From NCBI GenBank assembly GCA_036555125.1, contig DATBLY010000013.1, forward strand, positions 1 through 49,711: a DNA stretch of 49,711 nucleotides, read 5' to 3'. The first letter of the stretch is position 1; the number at the start of each line of letters is the position of its first letter. Below, piece after piece: positions 1 to 8,515 of the stretch. This DNA comes from Actinomycetota bacterium (GTDB taxonomy: Bacteria > Actinomycetota > UBA4738 > HRBIN12). The notes under the pieces were generated by a model. It was given only the letters and a program-made list of their open reading frames with translations. It was not told the origin of the DNA and ran no database searches. Made by a program: the position numbers and the translations under genes.

Positions 1-3000
1 AACGTCTCGTCGCCCTCGTACAGCGCGTCGCCCGTCACCGCGACGTCGAACGTCGCGGTCAGGTCGCCGGGCGCGAAGGTCACCGTGCCCGTGGCGGCGG
101 CGTAATCGAGGGGCGAGACGGCGGATCCGTCGGCCGTCGCGACGTCGACCGTGGTCGCGAACGCACTCGCGTTCACGAGGGAGAGCGTGAGGGTCGCGTT
201 CGCCGACCCGGCGTTGCCCTCGATCACCGTCGCGTCCGCGATCGAGATCGCCGGGACGGGGTCGTCGTTCACGATCGTGCCGGTCGCCGTCGCCGTGCCG
301 ACCGTCGCGTCGACCGGGTTCGACAGGCCCACCGAGAGGTCCTCGTCGTCCTCGAAGATCGTCTCGCCGTGGATGGTCACGTCGACGGTCTTCGTGGTCT
401 CACCCGGCGCGAACGTGAGGCTGGTCGCGAGCGGAGCGAAGTCCGCGGGCGCCGTCGCGGTGCCGTCGGCGGTGGCGACGTCCACGCCCGCGGGGAGGTC
501 GGTCGATCCGGACAGGGTGATGACGAAGGTGGCGATCGCGTCACCGGCGTCGCCCTCGCTCAGCGTGACGCCGGTCACGTCCAGGACGGGGGCCGCGTCG
601 TCGCCCGCGATCGTGCCGATCCCCGTCCCGTCGGCCACCGTCGCCCCGGCGGGGTTGGACAGGCCGATCGTGAGGGTCTCGTCGCGCTCGAACACGGCGT
701 CGCCGTGGACGGTGACGTCGACGGGCAGGCTCAGCTGCCCCGGGGCGAAGGTGAGCGTGGCGGCCGCCGACGCGTAGTCCCCGGGGGCCGCGGCCGTGCC
801 GTCGGCCGTGGCGACGTCGACCGAGACCGGGAAGGCGCTGGGGCCCGACAGCGAGACCGTGAACGACAGGGTGACGTCGCCCGCGTCGCCCTCGGCGACC
901 GACACGTCGTCGACCGATAGCCCGGGGAGCGGGTCGTCGTTCGCGATCGTCACGGTGGCGCTCGGGTCGGCGACCTGCACGTTGGTCTCGCCCGACAGCA
1001 CGACGAAGAGGTCCTCGTCGGATTCGAAGGTCGTATCGCCGGTCACCGTGAGGTCGATCGTCGTCGCCGTCTCTCCGGGCGCGAACGACAGGGCGCCGGC
1101 CGCCGCGACGTAGTCGCTGCCGGCCGCCGCGGTCCCGTCGACCGTGGCGTAGTCGACCGTGATGGGCTTGCCGGAGGCCGCGGACAGCGTCACCGGGATC
1201 GATGCGGTGGACGACCCGGCGTTGCCCTCGGGGACGGCGAGGTCCGCGATCGACAGGTCCGGCGGCAGGTCGTCGTCGAGGATCGTCCCCAGCCCGGTGC
1301 CGTCGAGGATCGCGGCGTTCGTGGCGCCGGAGAGCACGAGCGTGAACGTTTCGTCGGACTCGTCGAGGACGTCGCCGTCGACCGTCACGTCCACCGTGGT
1401 CGAGAGGTCGCCCGGCGCGAACGCGAGCGTCCCCGAGACCGCCGCATAGTCGGCGACCGCCGTCGCGGTCCCGTCGACCGTGGCGTGGTCGACCGTGATC
1501 GGCATCCCGCTGATCGCCGACAGGCCGACCGTGAACGTCGCCGTGACGGTGCCGGCGTCTCCCTCGGTCACCGTCGCATCGCTCACCGCGAAGGACGGGG
1601 GGGCGTCGTTGTCGACGATCGTGCCGACGGCCTGCCCATCCGAGATCGTCGCGTTCGTCGGGGCCGAGAGGTCGACCTGGAACGTCTCGTCGACCTCGTC
1701 GATCGTGTCGCCCGCCACCGGGACGCTGAAGGTGCGGCTCGTCTGTCCTGCGGCGAAGGTGACGGTGCCGGCGGCGGCCGTGTAGTCGGCCGGCGCGAGC
1801 GCGGAGCCGTCGGACGTCGCCCAGGCGACCGTGACGGTGCGGCCGCTCACGGGGGCCAACGTCGCGGTGAACGTCAGGTTCGCGGTGCCCGAGTTGCCCT
1901 CGGTCCGGGTCGCGTCGGCGATCGAGATCGACGGGAGCGGGTCGTCGTCGAGGATCGACCCGATGCCCTGGCCGTCGGCCAGCGTGGCGTTCGTGACCGA
2001 AGACAGGTTCACGAGGACCGTGTCCGCGTCCGCCTCGTCGAGCGCGTCGCCGTTCACGGTGACGGGGACGGTCAGCGACGTGACCCCGGGGTTGAAGACG
2101 AGGTTCTGCGTCGAGGACACGTAGTCGGCGGGCTGCGTCGCCGTCCCGTTCGCGGTGGTGGCACGGACGTTCACGGCACGCCCGCTGGCGGCGGACAGGG
2201 TGAGGGTGTAGGTGAGGGTGGTCGTGCCGGCGTTCCCTTCCGTCACCGAGGGGTCGTCGATCGCGATCGTCGGCAGGGGGTCGTCGTCGGTGATCGTGCC
2301 CACGCCGAGGTTGTCGGCGATCGTGGCGTTCGTGGGGTTCGAGAGCGTGACGTTGTAGGTCTCGTTCGCCTCGTCGAGGAGGTCGGTCGCCACGGTGACG
2401 ACCACCGGCCGGGTGGTCTGACCGGGGGCGAACGTCAGCGACCCGCTCGTCGCGGCGTAGTCGCCCGGGTCGGTCGCCGTCCCGTCGGACGTGGCGTAGG
2501 CGACCCCGACGGTCAGCCCGCTGGCGGCCGACAGGGTCACCGTGAACGTCGCGGTGGTCGTGCCGTTGTCACCCTCGGTGACCGTGAGGTCGTTGATCCG
2601 CAGGCTGGGCGTGGCGTCGTTGTCGCGGATCGTGGCCACGCCCTGCGCGTCGGAGATCGTCGCGTTCGTCGGGCCGGAGAGGTTCACCGCGAACGTCTCG
2701 TCGAGTTCGTCGAGCGTGTCGCCGCGAACCGGCACCGTGAACGTCCGCGTGGTCTGGCCGGCGGTGAAGGTCACGGTGCCCGAGCTCGTCGTGTAGTCGG
2801 CGGGGGCCCCGGCGCTGCCGTCGGCGGTCGCCCAGGCCACCGTGACCGTGCGCCCGCTGACGGGGGTGAGGGTGACCGTGAAGGTCACGTTCGACGTTCC
2901 GCTGTTCCCCTCGGTGATCGACACGTCGTTGATCGTCAGGGACGGCAGCGGATCGTCGTCGGTGATCGTCCCGACGCCCTGCGTGTCCGAGATCGTGGCG

Positions 3001-3640
3001 TTCGACGCGGACGAGAGGTTCACCACGAACGTCTCGTCGACCTCGTCGAGGGCGTCGCCGACGACCGGGACCGAGATCGTCCGGCTCGTCTGTCCGGCGG
3101 CGAACGTGAGCGTCCCGGAGGTGTTCGTGTAGTCGGCGGGCCGGGTCGCGGTCCCGTTCGCGGTCGCGTAGTTGACCGTGACGGTGCGACCGCTCACCGG
3201 CGTGAGCGTCACGGTGAACACGGCGTTCGTGGTCCCGCCGGTGCCCTCGCTCAGCGTCGCGTCGTTCACGGCCAACGCCGGGACCGGATCGTTGTCGTTG
3301 ATCGTGCCGATCCCCTGGGCGTCCGTGATCGCGGCGGTGGCTGCAGGGAGCGGGTTCGTGAGGTTCAAGAAGAAGGTCTCGTTCCCCTCGTCGAGCATGT
3401 CCCCGCGGATCGGCACCGTGATCGTGCGCGACCGCGAGCCGCTGGCGGCGGTGAACGTCGCGGTCCCCGACGAGGCGGTGTAGTCGGCGCCGGCCGTGGC
3501 CGTGTTGTCGGCCGTGGCCCAGTCCACCGAGATGTCGTTCAGCGCCCCCGTGTAGCTGATCGTGAACGTCAGGTTCGCCGTCCCCGAGTTCCCCTCCGTG
3601 ATCGAGACGTCGTTGATCGAGAAGAAGTCGACGGGCGTGG
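1..3640 (-). repeat. Tandem coding repeat array: at least 11 Calx-beta units with a period of about 336 nt (about 112 aa)
   Basis: I delimited eleven successive units by the recurring ..DDDP(L/V)P / (S/A)(L/I).(I/V).D..(V/T).EG.. boundary motif. The plus-strand shadow ORFs recur at a similar spacing (151, 796, 1159, 1480, 1831, 2542, 2842, 3172, 3562). Confidence 0.85.
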
Positions 3641-3752
3641 CGTGCGCTCCCGGTGCGACACCGAGGACGAGGAGGACGGCGCCGCCGAGCCCGGCGACGA
3701 CGGCCCGCCGCCAGCGGGGGGTACGGCCTTCCCGTATGCGGGTTTCCCACAT
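1..3752 (-). CDS. Secreted multi-repeat Calx-beta domain protein. The N-terminus is in the window and the C-terminus runs off the left edge.
   Basis: Hand translation of the minus strand from ATG at 3752..3750 gives MWETRIREGRTPRWRRAVVAGLGGAVLLVLGVAPGAHA (signal-peptide-like). This is followed by repeated units such as INDVSITEGNSGT..TFTVTLTPVSGRTVTV.YATADGTA..ADY...SGTLTFAAGQT.RT..VPV.GD.LDE.DETF.V.LS...NATI.D..G.GTI.DDD. The frame was checked at 1..120, 2101..2220 and 3400..3752 and is the same throughout (first codon bases = 2 mod 3). The ORF is absent from the track because it has no stop inside the window. Confidence 0.88.
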   Translation of the reverse strand, partial: MWETRIREGRTPRWRRAVVAGLGGAVLLVLGVAPGAHATPVDFFSINDVSITEGNSGTANLTFTISYTGALNDISVDWATADNTATAGADYTASSGTATFTAASGSRSRTITVPIRGDMLDEGNETFFLNLTNPLPAATAAITDAQGIGTINDNDPVPALAVNDATLSEGTGGTTNAVFTVTLTPVSGRTVTVNYATANGTATRPADYTNTSGTLTFAAGQTSRTISVPVVGDALDEVDETFVVNLSSASNATISDTQGVGTITDDDPLPSLTINDVSITEGNSGTSNVTFTVTLTPVSGRTVTVAWATADGSAGAPADYTTSSGTVTFTAGQTTRTFTVPVRGDTLDELDETFAVNLSGPTNATISDAQGVATIRDNDATPSLRINDLTVTEGDNGTTTATFTVTLSAASGLTVGVAYATSDGTATDPGDYAATSGSLTFAPGQTTRPVVVTVATDLLDEANETYNVTLSNPTNATIADNLGVGTITDDDPLPTIAIDDPSVTEGNAGTTTLTYTLTLSAASGRAVNVRATTANGTATQPADYVSSTQNLVFNPGVTSLTVPVTVNGDALDEADADTVLVNLSSVTNATLADGQGIGSILDDDPLPSISIADATRTEGNSGTANLTFTATLAPVSGRTVTVAWATSDGSALAPADYTAAAGTVTFAAGQTSRTFSVPVAGDTIDEVDETFQVDLSAPTNATISDGQAVGTIVDNDAPPSFAVSDATVTEGDAGTVTATFTVGLSAISGMPITVDHATVDGTATAVADYAAVSGTLAFAPGDLSTTVDVTVDGDVLDESDETFTLVLSGATNAAILDGTGLGTILDDDLPPDLSIADLAVPEGNAGSSTASIPVTLSAASGKPITVDYATVDGTAAAGSDYVAAAGALSFAPGETATTIDLTVTGDTTFESDEDLFVVLSGETNVQVADPSATVTIANDDPLPGLSVDDVSVAEGDAGDVTLSFTVSLSGPSAFPVSVDVATADGTAAAPGDYASAAATLTFAPGQLSLPVDVTVHGDAVFERDETLTIGLSNPAGATVADGTGIGTIAGDDAAPVLDVTGVTLSEGDAGDAIATFVITLSGSTDLPAGVDVATADGTATAPADFAPLATSLTFAPGETTKTVDVTIHGETIFEDDEDLSVGLSNPVDATVGTATATGTIVNDDPVPAISIADATVIEGNAGSANATLTLSLVNASAFATTVDVATADGSAVSPLDYAAATGTVTFAPGDLTATFDVAVTGDALYEGDET

Positions 3753-3921
3753 ACGACGTTCATCGTCGTCCTATGGGCCGACCTTGAATTCCCCCGTTGG
3801 GGGGACGGCGGTAATTCCCCGTACCCACGACGGGGTAGGCCAAGTGTCCCACTTCGGTGCAACCCCCTCGGAACGCAACGCGGGACGCGATCCGGGTCCG
3901 ATACGAGCCGTGGAGCGGCGG

Positions 3922-4545
3922 CTACCCGTTCCGTTCCGGAGGAACGGGGTCGGGGTACAGCGCGCGCTCCACGAGGAGCGCCAGCAGCTGCTCGATCGCC
4001 AGATGCGCCTCCTGGATATGGGCCGTCACCACGCTCGGGACCCGGATCGCGACGTCTGCGCGGGGCGCGAGGCCCCCTCCCGATGCCCCGGTGAGCGCGA
4101 CGACCCGCACGTCGAGCGTCCGCGCCAGCTCCGCGGCCCGCAGCACGTTCGTGGAGTTCCCGCTCGTCGAGATCGCGATCAGCACGTCGCCGGCCGACGC
4201 GAGCGAGCCCACCTGTCGCTCGAAGAGCCCGTCGACGCCGTAGTCGTTGGCGATCGCCGTCAGGAGCGACGTGTCCGTGGTCAGCGCGATCGCGGGGATC
4301 GACGGACGCGGATGGTCGAGGGTGAGCGTGCTGACGAACTCGGTGGCGAGGTGCTGCGCGTCGGCCGCGCTGCCACCGTTGCCACAGATCAGGAGCTTCC
4401 CGCCGGCGCGGACGGCATCGATCATCAGCTCGGCGGCCGCGACGATCCCGTCGAGGTCGTCGGCCTCGACCGCTCGCAACGTGCCCGCCGCCTCGGCGAG
4501 GTACCGGCGGGCCCGATCGGCGAGCGCTCGTCCCCGGTCCGTCAT
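3922..4545 (-). CDS. gmhA: D-sedoheptulose-7-phosphate isomerase (SIS domain)
   Basis: Contains GKLLICGNGGSAADAQH, AISTSGNS and the AHIQEAH tail typical of GmhA. I chose the start at MTDRGRA (ATG 4545..4543) because it forms an ATGA overlap with the hddA stop (4544..4542). The track start at 4566 is an alternative. Confidence 0.9.
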   Translation of the reverse strand: MTDRGRALADRARRYLAEAAGTLRAVEADDLDGIVAAAELMIDAVRAGGKLLICGNGGSAADAQHLATEFVSTLTLDHPRPSIPAIALTTDTSLLTAIANDYGVDGLFERQVGSLASAGDVLIAISTSGNSTNVLRAAELARTLDVRVVALTGASGGGLAPRADVAIRVPSVVTAHIQEAHLAIEQLLALLVERALYPDPVPPERNG

Positions 4546-5594
4546 GTCGTCCGGACCGGGGTCCACGTGTCCTGCCCGCGCTCGGCGCGGGCGCCGCGCA
4601 TCGAGAACCCGAAGCTCGTGAACTGGGCGCCCATCCGCTCCAGCTCCTCCCGCACGGAGGGCTGTGCGCTGGGCCGGCAGTACAGGAGCAGGTACCCGCC
4701 ACCGCCCGCCCCGCAGATCTTCCCGCCCGTGGCGCCCGCCGCCTGAGCGAGCGTCAGCATCGACTCGATCGGCGTGTGCTCGGCGATGTGGGGGTTCATG
4801 AGCTTCTTGGCGAGGAAGGCGTCGCGCAGCATCACGCCCAGCTCATCGAGCTCCCCGGACTCGATCGCATCGCGCATCGCGTACGCCATCTGGTGGAGCT
4901 GCTTGAGGCCGAGGATCGTCTCCTCGCGGCCCTGCTCGTACAGGCGGATCTGGGCGTCGATCAGGCCCGCGTGTCGTCGCACGGAGCCCGTGTAGCAGAG
5001 CAGGAGGTTCGCCTCGAGCCGAGCGAGGGTCTCCGGCGCGGCGTGGACGGGCTCCACCGCGACGCCGCCGGCCGAGAAGGCGAGGAGGTTGATCCCGCCG
5101 AAGGCGGCGGCGTACTGGTCCTGCCAGCCGCCGCTGATCCGCAGGTCGTCTCGCTCGATCGCGTGCGAGACGGCGGCCAGCTCGTGATCGGTGTACGAGC
5201 GCCCGCCGAGCATCGCCAGGCCGGCGACGACGGCGGTGACGAGGGCCGAGGAGCCACCCAGCCCGCTGCCGGGGGGCGCGTCGGATGCGATGGCCATGTC
5301 GAGCCCACCCTCGACCCCGATCCGCGCGATCGCGGCCTTCGCCAGGTCCATCACCCCGTCGTACGCGGGGGGTTCGTCGAGGTGGTACTCGACGATGCGT
5401 CCGAGGTCGAGCGATCGCACGCGCACGTGCCGATCGTCGCGCGGTGCGACGTGCACCCGAACCTGGTGGTCGATCGTCGCCGAGAGCACGGCACCCCCGT
5501 GGTGCTCGAAGTAGTGCGGGAAGTCGGTCCCGCCACCGACGAAGCTGATGCGCAGGGGCGCCGTGGCGAGGATCGGGGTGCGGTCGTCGTGCAT
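4542..5594 (-). CDS. hddA: GHMP-family sugar kinase, D-glycero-D-manno-heptose 7-phosphate kinase-like
   Basis: RISFVGGGTDFP N-terminus, GHMP ATP motif PPGSGLGGSSA, and C-terminal GGKICGAGGGGYLL. Translationally coupled to gmhA. Confidence 0.85.
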   Translation of the reverse strand: MHDDRTPILATAPLRISFVGGGTDFPHYFEHHGGAVLSATIDHQVRVHVAPRDDRHVRVRSLDLGRIVEYHLDEPPAYDGVMDLAKAAIARIGVEGGLDMAIASDAPPGSGLGGSSALVTAVVAGLAMLGGRSYTDHELAAVSHAIERDDLRISGGWQDQYAAAFGGINLLAFSAGGVAVEPVHAAPETLARLEANLLLCYTGSVRRHAGLIDAQIRLYEQGREETILGLKQLHQMAYAMRDAIESGELDELGVMLRDAFLAKKLMNPHIAEHTPIESMLTLAQAAGATGGKICGAGGGGYLLLYCRPSAQPSVREELERMGAQFTSFGFSMRGARAERGQDTWTPVRTT

Positions 5595-5641
5595 GCCGGC
5601 GTCAGTCTAGGGTCGCCGGCGCGCCGGACGCCGGATGCCGC

Positions 5642-5875
5642 TCAGGCCACCTGTCGACCGACGCGCCGTCGCTTCTGCTCGGTCAGGCCGCCCCAGACGC
5701 CGTAGCGCTCGCCGTTCTTGAGCGCCCAGGCGAGGCATTCCTCGCGGATCCGGCAGATCCCGCAGAACGCGAGCGCGGGGCCGGCCTCGTCCTCGGAGAC
5801 CGGGAAGAACACGTCGGGGTCGATCCCGAAGCAGGCGGCCCGCTCCTGCCATCGATCGGGTGGCGCGGGGTTCAT
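5642..5875 (-). CDS. whiB: WhiB-family Fe-S transcriptional regulator
   Basis: Four Cys (C..C..C....C): WQERAACFGIDPDVFFP...AFCGICRIREECLAWAL, followed by GVWGG and a basic tail. I took the start at MNPAPP (77 aa). The longer ORF to 6166 is an R/P-rich extension. Confidence 0.9.
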   Translation of the reverse strand: MNPAPPDRWQERAACFGIDPDVFFPVSEDEAGPALAFCGICRIREECLAWALKNGERYGVWGGLTEQKRRRVGRQVA

Positions 5876-6107
5876 CGGCAAGCGTGCGAGGTCCACTTCG
5901 GCGACGTGTTCGATCCTCACCCGCCCCCTCCCCTCGACCTGTGGCGGCTCCCGAGGGCGATTCATAACAGAGGCGGGGTCATCAGCGGAAGGGGTCGGAA
6001 GCCCGCGATGGCGGATCCGCCGGGGGACCCTCCCCGGGGCGGCGAGGAGATCGCCGGGCGTTCGGCCTCGGGCGTGTGTCGTCCCCCGACGGCGGGATAA
6101 TCCGGGC

Positions 6108-7241
6108 GTGTCGATCCCGAAGACGCTGCTCGTCACGAACGACTTCCCACCACGGGTGGGGGGCATCCAGCGGACGCTCGAGGCGCTCTGGCGAGCGCTC
6201 CCGCCCGATCGGGTGAGCGTCTTCGCGCCCTCGTGGGCCGGGAGCGACGCCTACGACGTGGCCTCGGCGTTCCCGATCGTGCGCGAGCCCGCGACGTTCG
6301 TCTGGCCCACGCCCGAGGTGGCGGACCGCGTCGACCGCGCGATCGACCGGCTGGGCGCGGAGGTCGTGCTGTTCGGTGACGCGCTGCCCCTGGCCGTGCT
6401 CGGTCCGAGGATCGCCGCGCACGGCGTGCCGTACCTGGTCGCGGCCCACGGGTTCGACCACTGGTCCTCGATCGTGCCCGGCACCCATGCGCTGATGCGC
6501 TTCATGACCTCGCGGGCATCCCGGGTCCCGGTCATGTGCAGCCGGTTCATCGCTCGGACCGTTCGGACCGCCGTCCCTGACCACGTGCCCGTCTCGGTGC
6601 TGTACCCGGGGGCCGATCTTCGCCGCTTCCGGCCGGATCTGCCGACCGACGACCTCCGCGAACGGTACGGGGTGCGCGACCGTCCGCTCATCGTCTGCGT
6701 GAGCCGGCTCGTCGCGCGGAAGGGGCAGGATGTGCTGATCCGCTCCATGCCGGCGATCCGGCGGCGCGTGGCCGACGCGACCCTGCTGATCGTGGGCGCC
6801 GGCCCGGCCGAGGCTCGGCTCCGGACGATGGCGACCATGGCGCCGGCCGGATCGGTCGTGTTCGCCGGCCAGGTCGACGAGGAGGAGCTGCCCCGCCACT
6901 ACGCGATGGCGGACGTGTTCGCGATGCCGTGCCGCACACGCCTCGCTGGCCTCGAGGTCGAAGGGTGGGGCAACGTCTTCATCGAAGCCGCCGCGTGCGG
7001 CCGCCCCGTGGTCGTCGGCGATTCGGGCGGCGCCCGCGAGTCGCTCGTGGACGGCCAGACCGGGGTGCTGGTCGACGGCCGCGATCGGGGCGCGGTCGCC
7101 GCGGCGGTGGGCGACCTCCTGGCCGATCCTTCGACGGCCGATCGCATGGGGGCTGCCGGCCGCGCTCGCGTCGAGCGCGATCACGATTGGGCGAGCATCG
7201 CCGCGACCCTCGCCGGCTGGCTGCGAGCCGCCGTCGCGTAG
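6108..7241 (+). CDS. GT4-family glycosyltransferase (PimB-like mannosyltransferase type)
   Basis: LLVTNDFPPRVGGIQ N-terminus. GT-B C-terminal EX7E region: EGWGNVFIEAAACGRPVVVGDSGGARE. GTG start at 6108, in frame with track ORF 5718..7241; the upstream part of that ORF is low-complexity. Confidence 0.85.
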   Translation: MSIPKTLLVTNDFPPRVGGIQRTLEALWRALPPDRVSVFAPSWAGSDAYDVASAFPIVREPATFVWPTPEVADRVDRAIDRLGAEVVLFGDALPLAVLGPRIAAHGVPYLVAAHGFDHWSSIVPGTHALMRFMTSRASRVPVMCSRFIARTVRTAVPDHVPVSVLYPGADLRRFRPDLPTDDLRERYGVRDRPLIVCVSRLVARKGQDVLIRSMPAIRRRVADATLLIVGAGPAEARLRTMATMAPAGSVVFAGQVDEEELPRHYAMADVFAMPCRTRLAGLEVEGWGNVFIEAAACGRPVVVGDSGGARESLVDGQTGVLVDGRDRGAVAAAVGDLLADPSTADRMGAAGRARVERDHDWASIAATLAGWLRAAVA

Positions 7242-7289
7242 CGCCGCGGATCTCCCGATCCGGCCCCCGGCGGGCGGTACGCTCGAAGG

Positions 7290-8024
7290 ATGTCCGAGCC
7301 CACCGAGCCGGATCTTCGGTGTCCGAACTGCGGGGCCGCGGTCTACGCCGGGGCGGAGTGGTGCAACCTCTGCTTCACCCCGATCCGGCGTGGGGCGGAC
7401 GAGGTCCCGACCGCCGCGGCGGCCACCACGACCGACGGCGCCGCGGAGCTCCCGACCGATGCTCCACCCGCGATCTCGGCCGTGCCGTCCGGGACCTCCC
7501 CGGGCGGGCCGACGCCGTCCGTCATCGCGGTCGAGGACGACGCCGCCGGCGCCGGCGCCTTCTGGCCGTGCCCGGTGTGTCAGGCGAAGAACCCGATCGC
7601 GCTCGACGCGTGCGCGACCTGCGGAACCCCCTTCGCCTCGGTGATGCGACAGGAGCGGGACCGACCACGGGTCGACCCGTCCGTCGCCTTCGGTCGCTCA
7701 CTGCTGTTCCCGGGGCTCGGCCATGCGAAGCTGGGCCTCGGGGCCGAGGGGTTCGCGCGGGGCGCGCTCTTCCTGATCCTGCTGTTCGTCACCCTGCTGA
7801 TCGGGTTCGCGGGCGCGTCGTCGCCGCTGCTCAAGGTGATGCTGGTGACGTTCGCGACGGGAACGATCGGCGTCTACCTGCTGACCGCGGTGGAGGCGCG
7901 ACGCCTCGCCGAGGGCGGGCGGCCGATGGTGTCGACGCGGCTGCTGCTGTGGGTGACCGTCGGCGCGCTGATGGCGGCGATGGCGCTGATCGTCGTCGTC
8001 ATCGGCACCACACCCACGCAGTAG
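7290..8024 (+). CDS. Double zinc-ribbon membrane protein
   Basis: Two CxxC..CxxC ribbons (CPNCGAAVYAGAEWCNLC and CPVCQAKNPIALDACATC), followed by 3-4 hydrophobic segments. Confidence 0.7.
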   Translation: MSEPTEPDLRCPNCGAAVYAGAEWCNLCFTPIRRGADEVPTAAAATTTDGAAELPTDAPPAISAVPSGTSPGGPTPSVIAVEDDAAGAGAFWPCPVCQAKNPIALDACATCGTPFASVMRQERDRPRVDPSVAFGRSLLFPGLGHAKLGLGAEGFARGALFLILLFVTLLIGFAGASSPLLKVMLVTFATGTIGVYLLTAVEARRLAEGGRPMVSTRLLLWVTVGALMAAMALIVVVIGTTPTQ

Positions 8025-8036
8025 GATTCCCAGCCC

Positions 8037-8477
8037 ATGGAGCACGCCGAAGGCTCGATCGTGATCGAGGCGCCGCTCGAGGACGTCATGGAGGTCATCG
8101 AGGACTACGAGGCGTACCCGGAATGGGCCGAGGTCCAGCGGGTCGAGGTCCGCCAGCGGATCGAAGGGGGCCGCGCGACGGAGGTCGCCTTCGAGGTCGA
8201 GGTCCCGGTACTGGGCAAGGCGAGCTACACGCTCGCCTACACGTACGCGCCGGGCGACACCGGGATCTCGTGGATCACGAAGGAGGCCCGCGGCGCGATC
8301 CGCGATATCCGGGGGGAGTACCTGCTGAACGAGCTGCCCGACGACACCACGAAGGTGACGTACCGCCTGGCCGTCGAGCTCGGCGTCCTCGTCCCCGGGT
8401 TCCTGCGGACCGAGGGGGCCAAGCGCGTGATCGAGAACGCGCTCGAGCGCTTGAAGCGGCGCGTCGAGATGGGCTGA
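8037..8477 (+). CDS. SRPBCC (START / polyketide cyclase-like) family protein
   Basis: Size (146 aa) and pattern GSIVIEAPLEDVMEVIEDYEAYPEW... are typical of SRPBCC ligand-binding proteins. Confidence 0.7.
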   Translation: MEHAEGSIVIEAPLEDVMEVIEDYEAYPEWAEVQRVEVRQRIEGGRATEVAFEVEVPVLGKASYTLAYTYAPGDTGISWITKEARGAIRDIRGEYLLNELPDDTTKVTYRLAVELGVLVPGFLRTEGAKRVIENALERLKRRVEMG

Positions 8478-8515
8478 CCGCCCCGCGCGCGGGCATCCTG
8501 CGTAAGCTGCCTGCC

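Noticed and set aside
1-3640. Regular ~336-nt periodicity, considered as a possible CRISPR array or satellite
   Set aside because: There is no short identical direct repeat with unique spacers. The periodicity is at the protein-domain level (divergent DNA, conserved Calx-beta motifs) inside one open reading frame.
2569-3750. 393-aa minus-strand ORF that looks like the N-terminus of the repeat gene
   Set aside because: Wrong frame: it starts at GTG 3750, 2 nt inside the real ATG at 3752. It translates to an R/H/G-rich sequence (MGNPHTGRPYPP...RRRRARRRR). The adjacent frame gives a signal peptide and clean Calx-beta repeats.
1485-4094. 869-aa plus-strand ORF, the longest ORF listed in the first 4 kb
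   Set aside because: Its composition is almost entirely R/G/D/V/E low-complexity. It lies antisense to the Calx-beta gene and then runs through an intergenic region into antisense gmhA. No family motifs. Typical GC-rich shadow ORF.
6929-8515. Long N-terminal extensions of real genes in the track. Examples: 6929..9709 for ArsA, 25053..27725 for the Fe-S module, 40887..43955 for psuG, 34004..36121 for ltaE, 18946..20472 for fdhD, 46273..47979 for the desulfurase, 15334..17163 for fhs.
   Set aside because: The extensions overlap other well-supported genes in different frames and are low-complexity. Internal starts with an RBS or with 4-nt stop/start overlaps give proteins of the expected family length.
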